This document shows positions 9,084 to 17,917 of a stretch of DNA of 64,000 bases, in pieces. The notes below the pieces were generated by a model. The model worked only from the letters and a program-made list of their open reading frames with translations. It was not told the DNA's origin and did no database searches. Position numbers and translations under genes: made by a program. Source of the stretch: Deltaproteobacteria bacterium. GTDB taxonomy: Bacteria > Desulfobacterota > Desulfobaccia > Desulfobaccales > 0-14-0-80-60-11. The stretch spans positions 203 to 64,202 of the forward strand of contig JACQYN010000014.1 of NCBI GenBank assembly GCA_016208235.1, given 5' to 3'. Each line of letters begins with the position of its first letter. Within the stretch, counting starts at the first letter, position 1.

Positions 9084-9159
9084 CTGTCATTCTGAACGGA
9101 GCGAAGCGGAGTGAAGAATCTCGTATTTTGAGATTCTTCGCTGCGCTCAGAATGACAAT
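9084..9159. repeat. 76-bp near-perfect palindrome (GTCATTCTGA...TCAGAATGAC family)
   Basis: CTGTCATTCTGAACGGAGCGAAGCGGAGTGAAGAATCTCGTATTTTGAGATTCTTCGCTGCGCTCAGAATGACAAT. A half copy lies at 49369-49404. Confidence 0.9.
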
Positions 9160-9299
9160 TTTACTTTTTTGTCCGCAACTTGGTATTAGCAATGATATTA
9201 ATAACGGGGGGCGGGCACTGTCCGCCATGAATGTAGCCGCAGGCTTCAGCCTGCGCCTTAAACCTTGGAAAAGCCGAAAGTTCATGAAGGAGAGAAATA

Positions 9300-9632
9300 A
9301 TGGCCAAAAAGGAACGCAAAGAGAAAAAGGAAAAACCCCTGGACAAAATGACGGCCACGGAACTCCGGAAATATGCCCTGGATTTGGGAGAGATTACCGG
9401 CGTCCACGGCATGAACAAAGAGGAATTGCTGGCGGCCATCAAGAAAGTCAAAGGCATCAAGGACGAAGGCAAGTCCGGCGAGAAGGTGAGCATGCGGGAC
9501 TTGAAAGAAAAGGCCCGGGAGATGCGGGCCAAGAAGCAGGAGGCGGTGGCTGGGGGAGAACCCCGGAAAAAGCTCGACATCCTGCGCAAAAAAGCCAACC
9601 GCCTGAAAAAGCGGACCAGAAGGGCGGCGTGA
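9300..9632 (+). CDS. lysine-rich small protein with Rho_N/SAP-like helix-extended-helix
   Basis: MTATELRKYALDLGEITGVHGMNKEELLAAI resembles the Rho N-terminal (SAP-like) motif. The rest is K/E/R-rich. Confidence 0.5.
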   Translation: MAKKERKEKKEKPLDKMTATELRKYALDLGEITGVHGMNKEELLAAIKKVKGIKDEGKSGEKVSMRDLKEKAREMRAKKQEAVAGGEPRKKLDILRKKANRLKKRTRRAA

Positions 9633-9641
9633 GGAATCGCA

Positions 9642-9839
9642 ATGAAGTATCGCGTTGTCATCCAAAAGACCGAAGAGGGGTATAGTGTTTCTTGCCCCGG
9701 CTTGCCGGGCTGTTGGTCTCAAGGGGACACGGAAACGGAAGCCCTGGAAAATATCCAGGATGCCATCCAGGAGTATCTGGCCGCGGTGGCTGAATCGGTT
9801 CAAGGCCAGGATGTGCGAGAAATTGAAGTGGCCATTTGA
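9642..9839 (+). CDS. hicB: HicB-like antitoxin (UPF0150 fold, no DNA-binding extension)
   Basis: YRVVIQKTEEGYSVSCPGLPGCWSQGDTETEALENIQDAIQEYL is the typical HicB N-domain. It is immediately followed by hicA. Confidence 0.75.
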   Translation: MKYRVVIQKTEEGYSVSCPGLPGCWSQGDTETEALENIQDAIQEYLAAVAESVQGQDVREIEVAI

Positions 9840-9841
9840 GC

Positions 9842-10057
9842 ATGCCCAAGATACCTGGGGTTAATCACCTGGAAGCTATCCGAGCCTTAGAAAAGGCCGG
9901 ATTTCGTCTGGTGCGCCAGGGACGGAAGCATGTGGTCATGTCTAATGGTCCTCGTTTTTTGACAATTCCACGTCATAATCCCATAAATGCCTATACCATG
10001 GGGGGTATTGTGCGTGATGCGGGTTTGAGTGTGGAAGAATTCCTGGAACTACTCTAA
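9842..10057 (+). CDS. hicA: HicA-family mRNA interferase toxin
   Basis: EAIRALEKAGFRLVRQGRKHVVM...IPRHNPINAYTMGGIVRDAGL fits the YcfA/HicA pattern. The ATG lies 3 nt after the hicB stop (the track ORF starts at TTG 9836). Confidence 0.75.
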   Translation: MPKIPGVNHLEAIRALEKAGFRLVRQGRKHVVMSNGPRFLTIPRHNPINAYTMGGIVRDAGLSVEEFLELL

Positions 10058-10090
10058 AAAGCCTCAGGGGCGTAAAAGGAGGGAAAAGCT

Positions 10091-10345
10091 ATGTGTCAGA
10101 TGGGTCACGGCCACGGGCACGGACACGGCCATGGCGGCATGCATGGCCACGGCTGGGGCGGTATGCATCACGGGCACGGTTGCTGCAACGGCAGAATGAT
10201 GTCCGGCTGCTGCTGCGGCATGGGCTTCCGGCGCTTCATCTCCCCCGCGGAGGAACTGGAGCGCCTCAAGGACTACCTGGATGAGCTGAAAAAAGAGATG
10301 GCCGGAGTGGAAGCCCGGATTCACGAGCTTAAGGGGAATAAATAA
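10091..10345 (+). CDS. His/Gly/Cys-rich small protein with C-terminal coiled coil (DUF5320-like architecture)
   Basis: MCQMGHGHGHGHGHGGMHGHGWGGMHHGHGCCNGRMMSGCCCGMGFRRF followed by EELERLKDYLDELKKEMAGVEARIHELK. The family assignment is from memory of DUF5320 layout, not from a search. Confidence 0.55.
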   Translation: MCQMGHGHGHGHGHGGMHGHGWGGMHHGHGCCNGRMMSGCCCGMGFRRFISPAEELERLKDYLDELKKEMAGVEARIHELKGNK

Positions 10346-10440
10346 GGCAGGCCATCCCAGCAACTAAAACAATATGGGTTTGGGGGAGGGGGCAGGGGCC
10401 CACGCCCCTGCCTCCTCCCCCAAAACATATCTCCCAAAAG

Positions 10441-10475
10441 AGTAAAGCCGGGCCATGGCCCGGCTTTACTTTTAT
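10441..10475. terminator. bidirectional intrinsic terminator between convergent genes
   Basis: Perfect 30-nt palindrome AGTAAAGCCGGGCCATGGCCCGGCTTTACT flanked by T-rich/A-rich runs. It lies between the 10091..10345 gene (+) and nuoN (-). Confidence 0.6.
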
Positions 10476-10522
10476 AAAAACCCGTCCGGCAGGGATGGGG
10501 GACCGGAAGTTGGTTCAGCTTA

Positions 10523-11986
10523 TTACAACAATCCCGGAAAGACCTTCACGGAATTCATGGCCAGGTCATAGATGAACCCTGGGAAGACGCCGATGAGCAG
10601 CACGCCCAGGGCGGTGAGGGCCAACGTCGCGGTCACCGCGGGCGCGAAGCTCACGGGGCCTAAGTCCGCTTCCGCGGGTTTCATGTACATAAGCACGGTG
10701 ATGCGCAGATAATAGTACACGGACACCACGGAGTTCATCACGCCGATGATGGCCAGCCAGATGTAGCCCGCCTGCACCGCCGCGGAAAAGACATAGAATT
10801 TGCCCACGAACCCCGCGGTGGGAGGAATGCCCGCCAGCGCGAACATGAACAGAGCCATGCTGGCGGCCAGGACCGGGTGCTGGAATCCCAGGCCGGAGTA
10901 GTCGTAGATGCTGAGGTAGCTGTCCTTCTTCCTTCCCACCAGGATGACCACCCCGAAGGCCCCCAGGTTCATCAGGGTATAGGCCAGGAGGTAGTACATC
11001 AGGCTCACCGCGCCCAGTTGGTTGGCGGCGATGATGGCCACCAGGAGGTAGCCCGCATGGGCAATGGAGGAGTAGGCCAGCATGCGTTTGATGTTGGTCT
11101 GGGCAATGGCCACGATATTTCCCAGGGTCATGGTGGCCACGGCCAACACCCAGAGGACCATCTGCCAGTCGGGCTGCAGGACCGGGAAGGCCAGAAAAAA
11201 GACCCGGGCGAAGGCTGCAAAGGCCGCAGCCTTCACGCCCACGGCCATGAACGCGGTCACCGAGGTGGGCGCGCCTTCATAGACGTCCGGAGTCCACATG
11301 TGGAAGGGCACGGAGGCCACCTTGAAGCCGAAGCCTACGATCAGTAAAGCAACGGCCAAAAGGGTCAGGGGCTTGAAGGTTTCGGCCCCGGCCAGACGGG
11401 CCGGCAGGTCGTTCAGAAACAGAGTGCCGCCTGAGGCCCCGTAGAGCATGGCCATGCCGAAGAGCAGGAAGGCGCTGGCGAAGGCGCCCAGCAGCAAATA
11501 TTTGAGCGCGGCTTCATTGGAGCGGGCATCTTCCCGGAAGAGTCCCGCCAGTACATACACGGCGATGGACATCACTTCTATGCCCAGGAAGATCATGATC
11601 AAATGCGAGCCCGAGGCCATGAGCATCATGCCCACAGTGGCGAAGAGCAGGAGCGCGTAATATTCCGCCAGGTTCTTGCCGTAATCCTTCAGGTACTGGA
11701 GGGACAGCAGCACGGTGAGCCCGGTGCCCAGGATGAAGACGATATAGAAGAAAAAGGAGAAATTGTCCACATAGACCATGCGGGCAAAGTCCATGCCGGT
11801 CTTGCCCCAGAGGGAGACGGTTTGGAATCCGGCCACCGCCAGGCCCACCAGGGCCAGTACCGGGGCCGCGGTGCGGTTCCCCTTGGGGGAGAGGGCATCC
11901 GTCAGGAGGATGGCGATGGCGAAGACCGACAAGGTGATCCAGGGACCGATGCTCTCCAGGCTGAAGGTCGGAATGGTCAGGGTCAT
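10523..11986 (-). CDS. nuoN: NADH-quinone oxidoreductase subunit N
   Basis: 487-aa polytopic antiporter-like subunit, last gene of the nuo run, with a 4-nt overlap with nuoM. Confidence 0.9.
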   Translation of the reverse strand: MTLTIPTFSLESIGPWITLSVFAIAILLTDALSPKGNRTAAPVLALVGLAVAGFQTVSLWGKTGMDFARMVYVDNFSFFFYIVFILGTGLTVLLSLQYLKDYGKNLAEYYALLLFATVGMMLMASGSHLIMIFLGIEVMSIAVYVLAGLFREDARSNEAALKYLLLGAFASAFLLFGMAMLYGASGGTLFLNDLPARLAGAETFKPLTLLAVALLIVGFGFKVASVPFHMWTPDVYEGAPTSVTAFMAVGVKAAAFAAFARVFFLAFPVLQPDWQMVLWVLAVATMTLGNIVAIAQTNIKRMLAYSSIAHAGYLLVAIIAANQLGAVSLMYYLLAYTLMNLGAFGVVILVGRKKDSYLSIYDYSGLGFQHPVLAASMALFMFALAGIPPTAGFVGKFYVFSAAVQAGYIWLAIIGVMNSVVSVYYYLRITVLMYMKPAEADLGPVSFAPAVTATLALTALGVLLIGVFPGFIYDLAMNSVKVFPGLL

Positions 11987-13518
11987 CGGGCTTCCCCCTT
12001 GTCCCCGTGAGATAGGCTGACTTCAGTGGTTTTGGCCTTCTCCATCAAGGCCAGGAAGTTTTCCGTGGATGCTTTGGTCTTGCTCAAGAATGTATTGGGA
12101 TAGACCCCGATCCAGACGATGAACAGCAAGAGCGGCACAAAGATGGCGATCTCCCGGCAGGAGAGGTCTTTCAGTTCTTTGTTCTTCTCGTTGGTCACTT
12201 CCCCGAACATCACCCGCTGGAACATCCACAGCATGTAACAGGCCGCGAAGATGACACCCGTGGCCGCGACAATGGCATAGAGCATGTTGGTCTTAAACGC
12301 GCCCAGGAGGATGAGAAATTCCCCCACAAAGCCGTTCAAGCCGGGGAGCCCGATGGAAGATAGAGTCACGATCATGAAGATGGCGGCGTAGATGGGCATG
12401 GGGGTGGAAAGACCCCCGAAGTCGGCGATCATCCGGGTGTGCCGCCGTTCATAGATCATGCCCACGATCAAAAACAAGGCCCCGGTGGACAGCCCGTGGT
12501 TGATCATCTGGATGATGCCCCCCTGGACCCCGGGCATGGTGAAGGTGAAAAGCCCCAGCATGACAAAACCCAGATGGCTTACGGAAGAAAAAGCGACGAG
12601 GCGCTTCAGGTCCTTTTGCACCATGGAGACCAGCGCGCCGTAAACGATGCCGATCACCGCCAGGATGCTGAACAGGGGCACGAAGTAATGGGCTGCCTGG
12701 GGGAAGAGAGGCATGTTGAAGCGCAGGAAACCGTAGGTCCCCATCTTCAGGAGCACCGCGGCCAGGATGACCGAACCCACAGTGGGGGCCTCGGTGTGGG
12801 CGTCCGGCAACCAGGTATGGAAGGGGAACATGGGCACCTTGATGGCGAAGGCCAGCCCAAAGGCCAAAAACATCCAGAACTGCATGCGGAAGGGGACGTT
12901 CAGGCTGTATAGCTTAAGGAGATCAAAGGTGTAAGTCCCGGTGGCCTTGCCATAGTAGAAGTAGAGGACCAAAATGGCGACCAGCATCAGCACGCTGCCG
13001 AACATGGTGAAGAGGAAAAATTTGATGGCCGCGTAGACCCGCCGGGCCGGGTTGCCCCAGATACCGATGAGCAGGTACATGGGGATGAGCATCACTTCCC
13101 AGAACACGTAGAAGAGAAAGAGGTCCAGGGCCACGAAGACGCCCAACATGCCGGCCATCAGGGTCAGGAGGCAGATCATGAACTCCTTGACCCGGTGTTG
13201 GATGTCCGTCCAGGTGGCGAGCACGCAAAGCGGGGTCAGAAAGGTCGAGAGCATGATCAGCAGCAGGGAGAAGCCGTCGATCCCCACGTAGTAGCTGATG
13301 CCGTATTGGGGCAGCCAGTTATAGCGCTCCACGAACTGCATGGCCGCAGTCTGGCTGTCGAATTGGAACCACAGGGGCAGGGAAAACAAGAATTCCGCGA
13401 GAGACAGCCCCAGGGTGACCTGCTTCAGCAGTTTGTGGTTCTTCCGGTCCAGGAAGGCCAGGAGCACCGCGCCCAGAACGGGGAAGAAGACCAGGATGGA
13501 GAGGATGGGTAATTGCAT
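11983..13518 (-). CDS. nuoM: NADH-quinone oxidoreductase subunit M
   Basis: 511-aa antiporter-like subunit ([18 protein letters not shown]). Confidence 0.92.
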   Translation of the reverse strand: MQLPILSILVFFPVLGAVLLAFLDRKNHKLLKQVTLGLSLAEFLFSLPLWFQFDSQTAAMQFVERYNWLPQYGISYYVGIDGFSLLLIMLSTFLTPLCVLATWTDIQHRVKEFMICLLTLMAGMLGVFVALDLFLFYVFWEVMLIPMYLLIGIWGNPARRVYAAIKFFLFTMFGSVLMLVAILVLYFYYGKATGTYTFDLLKLYSLNVPFRMQFWMFLAFGLAFAIKVPMFPFHTWLPDAHTEAPTVGSVILAAVLLKMGTYGFLRFNMPLFPQAAHYFVPLFSILAVIGIVYGALVSMVQKDLKRLVAFSSVSHLGFVMLGLFTFTMPGVQGGIIQMINHGLSTGALFLIVGMIYERRHTRMIADFGGLSTPMPIYAAIFMIVTLSSIGLPGLNGFVGEFLILLGAFKTNMLYAIVAATGVIFAACYMLWMFQRVMFGEVTNEKNKELKDLSCREIAIFVPLLLFIVWIGVYPNTFLSKTKASTENFLALMEKAKTTEVSLSHGDKGEAR

Positions 13519-13533
13519 AAGCCCCTCTAGTCG

Positions 13534-15441
13534 TTAACGTCCAATAAGGTAGCCGGTGATCACCACCACCCCCAGGAGGATGGCAAAGGCGTAATTCTGG
13601 ACAAAGCCCGTCTCCAGCTTGCGGAGGTGGGCGCTCAAGAAGGCGATGATTCCGGCGCTGCCGTTCACCACGCCGTCCACTCCCTTTGCGTCCACCACGG
13701 TCCACAGGAAGTTGGAGCCCACCTTGATGGGTTCCACCACCGTGGTGTCATAAATCTCATCCACATAGTACTTGTGATAGATGAGGTCGTAGATGGTGTG
13801 GAACTTCTCCGAGACGATGGTGGGGAGGTCCGGCACGAGGATATAAAATTTGTAAGCGGTATAAATCCCCAGACCCGCCACCCCCATGCTGAGGAGCATC
13901 ATGCCCACCTCGAAGGTGGCCGTGGGATGGGCCGCGGCATGGTGGGCCACCGGGGTGATGGAGGGGGACAGGAAATCCCGGAACACATGGGCTCCCTCGA
14001 TGAGGGGAATGCCCACGAAGCCGCCCACCACCGAGAGCCCCGCCAGGATCATCAGGGGGACGGTCATCAGGGGTGGAGATTCGTGGACATGTTGGGCCAC
14101 ATGGGGGTCTACCCGGGATTCGCCGTGGAAAGTCATGAACACCGCCCGGAACATGTAAAACGCGGTGATAAACGCCGCGGCGGTGGCGATGCCCCAATAA
14201 ATGACTTTGCCGTCCACCAGGGAGTGGAACAGGATCTCATCCTTACTGAAGAAGCCGGCGAAGGGAAAGATACCGGCAATGGCCAGGGTGGCCAGCAAGA
14301 AAGTCCAGTAAGTGATGGGCATGTGTTTTTTCAGGTTCCCCATCTTGCGCATGTCCAACTCGCCGCTCAGGCCGTGCATCACCGAGCCGGAGCCCAAAAA
14401 GAGGAGGGCCTTGAAAAAGGCGTGGGTCATGAGATGGAAGATACCGGAGACATATGCGCCCACCCCGCAGGCCAGGAACATGTACCCCAACTGGCTCACG
14501 GTGGAGTAAGCCAGGACCCGCTTGATATCGAACTGGGCCATGCCGATGGTGGCGGCAAAGATGGCGGTGAGCGCGCCGATGGTGGCCACCACCGTTAAGG
14601 AAACGGGGGCCAGGGAATAGAGGGCGCTGCACCGGGCCACCATATAGACGCCGGCGGTGACCATGGTGGCCGCGTGGATCAAGGCGGAAACCGGGGTGGG
14701 GCCTTCCATGGCGTCCGGCAGCCAGGTGTATAGGGGCAACTGCGCGGATTTGCCGGTGGCGCCGATAAACAGGAATAGGGTAATAGCGGTGATCACCCCC
14801 GCGCCCACCGGGTACTTGGCGGCCAGTGCGAAGACCTCCCGGAAATTCACGGAGCCGAAGGTCCAGAAGATGAGAAAGATGCCCAAAAGAAAACCGAAGT
14901 CGCCGATCCGGTTGACCACAAAGGCCTTTTTCCCTGCGTCGGACGCGGACTGCTTTTCATAGTAGTAGCCGATGAGCAGGTAAGAACAGAGCCCCACGCC
15001 TTCCCAGCCCACGAACATCAGCAGGAAGTTGTTGGCCCCCACCAGGATGAGCATGGCGCAGACGAAGAGGTTTAAGTAGGTGAAGAAGCGGTAAAACCCC
15101 GGGTCGTCGTGCATGTAACTGACGGAGTAGATATGGATGAGGGTGCTCACCCCGGAGACGATGAGGAGCATGATCAGGGACAGGGGGTCGATGAGAAAGG
15201 CCACCTGCGCCTGGAAAGAACCGGAAGCGATCCAGGTGTAAACCACCTTTTCCACCGGCCGGGCTTCGGGGGGCAGCTTCAAAAATTGCAGGAAGATGCA
15301 CAGGGTGACCAGGAAGCTCAACCCTACGGCCACGGAGCCGATGGTTCCCACCACGTTCTTGGGCAGGTTTTTACCCACGAGGCCGTTAATCAGAAAGCCC
15401 ACGAAGGGGAAAAGAGGAATCAGCCAGACATAGTCCATCAT
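13534..15441 (-). CDS. nuoL: NADH-quinone oxidoreductase subunit L
   Basis: 635-aa antiporter-like subunit (WLPDAMEGPTPVSALIHAATMV) with the long C-terminal extension typical of NuoL. Confidence 0.92.
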   Translation of the reverse strand: MMDYVWLIPLFPFVGFLINGLVGKNLPKNVVGTIGSVAVGLSFLVTLCIFLQFLKLPPEARPVEKVVYTWIASGSFQAQVAFLIDPLSLIMLLIVSGVSTLIHIYSVSYMHDDPGFYRFFTYLNLFVCAMLILVGANNFLLMFVGWEGVGLCSYLLIGYYYEKQSASDAGKKAFVVNRIGDFGFLLGIFLIFWTFGSVNFREVFALAAKYPVGAGVITAITLFLFIGATGKSAQLPLYTWLPDAMEGPTPVSALIHAATMVTAGVYMVARCSALYSLAPVSLTVVATIGALTAIFAATIGMAQFDIKRVLAYSTVSQLGYMFLACGVGAYVSGIFHLMTHAFFKALLFLGSGSVMHGLSGELDMRKMGNLKKHMPITYWTFLLATLAIAGIFPFAGFFSKDEILFHSLVDGKVIYWGIATAAAFITAFYMFRAVFMTFHGESRVDPHVAQHVHESPPLMTVPLMILAGLSVVGGFVGIPLIEGAHVFRDFLSPSITPVAHHAAAHPTATFEVGMMLLSMGVAGLGIYTAYKFYILVPDLPTIVSEKFHTIYDLIYHKYYVDEIYDTTVVEPIKVGSNFLWTVVDAKGVDGVVNGSAGIIAFLSAHLRKLETGFVQNYAFAILLGVVVITGYLIGR

Positions 15442-15451
15442 GGGGTATGCC

Positions 15452-15757
15452 TCACCACTTGAGGATATTGAGTTCGTCCACGTACACCGTGGCCCGGTTG
15501 CGGAAGATGGCCACGATCAGGGCCAGTCCCACCGCCACTTCGGCCGCGGCCACGGTCATCACGAAGAACACGAACATCTGGCCGTCCACCGCCTTGAAAT
15601 AGTCGGCAAAACCGATGAAGGCCAAATTGACGGCGTTGAGCATCATCTCGATGCACATCATGATCACCAGGACGTTACGCCGCACCAGCACCCCGATCAC
15701 TCCCAGGGCGAAGAGGGCTATGCTCAAGGCCAGGTAATAGGATACAGGCACTACCAT
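15452..15757 (-). CDS. nuoK: NADH-quinone oxidoreductase subunit K
   Basis: 101-aa three-TM protein starting at the internal ATG ([13 protein letters not shown]...). The upstream track extension overlaps a REP-like repeat. Confidence 0.88.
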   Translation of the reverse strand: MVVPVSYYLALSIALFALGVIGVLVRRNVLVIMMCIEMMLNAVNLAFIGFADYFKAVDGQMFVFFVMTVAAAEVAVGLALIVAIFRNRATVYVDELNILKW

Positions 15758-15770
15758 TCGGGTTCTCCGC

Positions 15771-15821
15771 GTAGGGTGCGCCCTGCGCACCATTAAATGG
15801 GGTGCGTAGAACGCACCCTAA
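15771..15821. repeat. GTAG-headed REP-like doublet between nuoK and nuoJ
   Basis: GTAGGGTGCGCCCTGCGCACC ... GGTGCGTAGAACGCACCCTAA. Confidence 0.85.
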
Positions 15822-15825
15822 AAAT

Positions 15826-16323
<498 letters not shown>

Positions 16324-16363
16324 CCCTCGAGCCTCCTATATGCAACCCAGGCAAAAGGCCGCA

Positions 16364-16795
16364 TCACAGCCAATCCGCCATCCGGAGTTCGGACTTTTTC
16401 TGCGTAGCCCGGTCGATATCGAGAATGAGCAGGCTTTTGTCATACTGAGCCAGCTCGTAGAGGTTATTCAACTTGATGGCCCCCTTGGGGCAGGCCTCCT
16501 GGCACAGGCCGCAGAAGATGCAGCGGGTCAGGTCGATGGTGAAAGCCACCGGGTATTTTTCGTGCTCCGGGCCTTCCGCAGGAACAATGCCTTTGATGGC
16601 GTTGCTGGGGCAGACCACCAGGCACAGGGTGCAGGCCACGCAGCGGCGCCGCCCGTCGTCGTTGACGATCAGCTCCGGGTGCCCCCGGAAGCGGGGCGCC
16701 ACCTGCCGCTTTTCCTCCGGGTACTGGAGGGTGATGGGCTTGGTAAAAACGTGGCGCAGAGTGGTGGCCAGGCCTTTAATTAACGGGATAATCAT
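16364..16795 (-). CDS. nuoI: NADH-quinone oxidoreductase subunit I (2x[4Fe-4S])
   Basis: Two ferredoxin motifs, CVACTLCLVVCP and CIFCGLCQEACP. Confidence 0.9.
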   Translation of the reverse strand: MIIPLIKGLATTLRHVFTKPITLQYPEEKRQVAPRFRGHPELIVNDDGRRRCVACTLCLVVCPSNAIKGIVPAEGPEHEKYPVAFTIDLTRCIFCGLCQEACPKGAIKLNNLYELAQYDKSLLILDIDRATQKKSELRMADWL

Positions 16796-16798
16796 CTA

Positions 16799-17916
16799 CT
16801 ACCTCTGCAAAAACTGAATGATAATGCCGGTGAACAATATATTCACCAGGCACAGGGGCAACATCACTTTCCACCCCAGTTTCATGAGCTGGTCGAAACG
16901 GAAGCGGGGAAAGGTCCCCCGCACCCAGATAAAGAAGAAGACCAACGCAAAGGTCTTGATTACGAACCAGGCGATGGGGGGCAGCACCGGGCCCTGCCAG
17001 CCGCCCAAAAAGAGGGTGGTGCACAGGGCGCTGGCGACGATGATGTGGCAGTATTCCCCCATCATGAACAAGCCCCACTTCATGGAGCTGTATTCCGTCT
17101 GGAAGCCGGCCACCAGCTCGTTTTCGCATTCAATCAAGTCAAAGGGGGTGCGGGCGCATTCGGCCATGGCCGCGGTCAAAAACAGCAGGAACCCTAGGGG
17201 CTGGTAGACGATGAACCACATGGATTTCTGCGCTTCCACGATCTTCACCAGGCTCAGGCTGCCCGCCAGCATGAGCACGCCGATGACGGACAGGCCCAGG
17301 GCTAGCTCATAGCTGACCATCTGCGCGGAGAGACGCAAGCCCCCCAGCAGAGAGTACTTGTTGTTGGAGGCCCAGCCGCCCAGGACCGCGCCATACACCG
17401 ACAGGGAACCCATGGCAAAGATGTATAAGAGGCCCACGTTTACGTCGGCGATCACCCCCTGGTTCAGACTCGCCACCGTCAGGTCCACCGTATGGCCGTA
17501 AATGGTCAGGCTATCGGGAAGGATCTGGGCGGCAAAGGGAATGGCCGCGAAGGGTAGAAAAGCAGTCACCGCGGTGATGACCGGGGCCATGACAAAGAGG
17601 ACCTTGTTCCCGCCCGGAGGGGTGAAGTCTTCTTTGAAGAGCAACTTGAGCAAGTCCGCCAAGGGCTGCAGCAAACCCCAGGGCCCTACCCGGTTGGGGC
17701 CGTAGCGCAACTGGATGAAACCCAGGACTTTGCGCTCCATGAGCACCGTGTAGGCGATGAGGGCCCTACCCGGTTGGGGCCGTAGCGCAACTGGATGAAA
17801 CCCAGGACTTTGCGCTCCATGAGCACCGTGTAGGCGATGGCCGTGAGGAAGACCACCAGAATGAGGGTGATCTTCACGGCGGTCATGATTACCAAGAGGG
17901 GCAACTGATTCATCAT
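16799..17916 (-). pseudogene. nuoH: NADH-quinone oxidoreductase subunit H, frame disrupted by an 80-bp tandem duplication
   Basis: ORF 17686..17916 (MMNQLPLLV...TVLMERKVLGFIQLRYGPNRVGP then out of frame) and ORF 16799..17746 (MLMERKVLGFIQLRYGPNRVGPWGLLQP...) both encode the same NuoH N-terminal segment. The span is 1118 nt; minus 80 it is 1038 nt, or 346 codons. Confidence 0.88.
17680..17839. repeat. perfect 80-bp direct tandem duplication inside nuoH
   Basis: 17680-17759 is identical to 17760-17839 when read directly from the sequence lines. Confidence 0.95.
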
Positions 17917-17917
17917 A

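Noticed and set aside
9128-9685. 185-aa plus-strand ORF and overlapping minus-strand ORFs 9161..9661 and 9282..9803
   Set aside because: They start inside the 76-bp palindrome or overlap the better-supported 9300..9632 gene in other frames.
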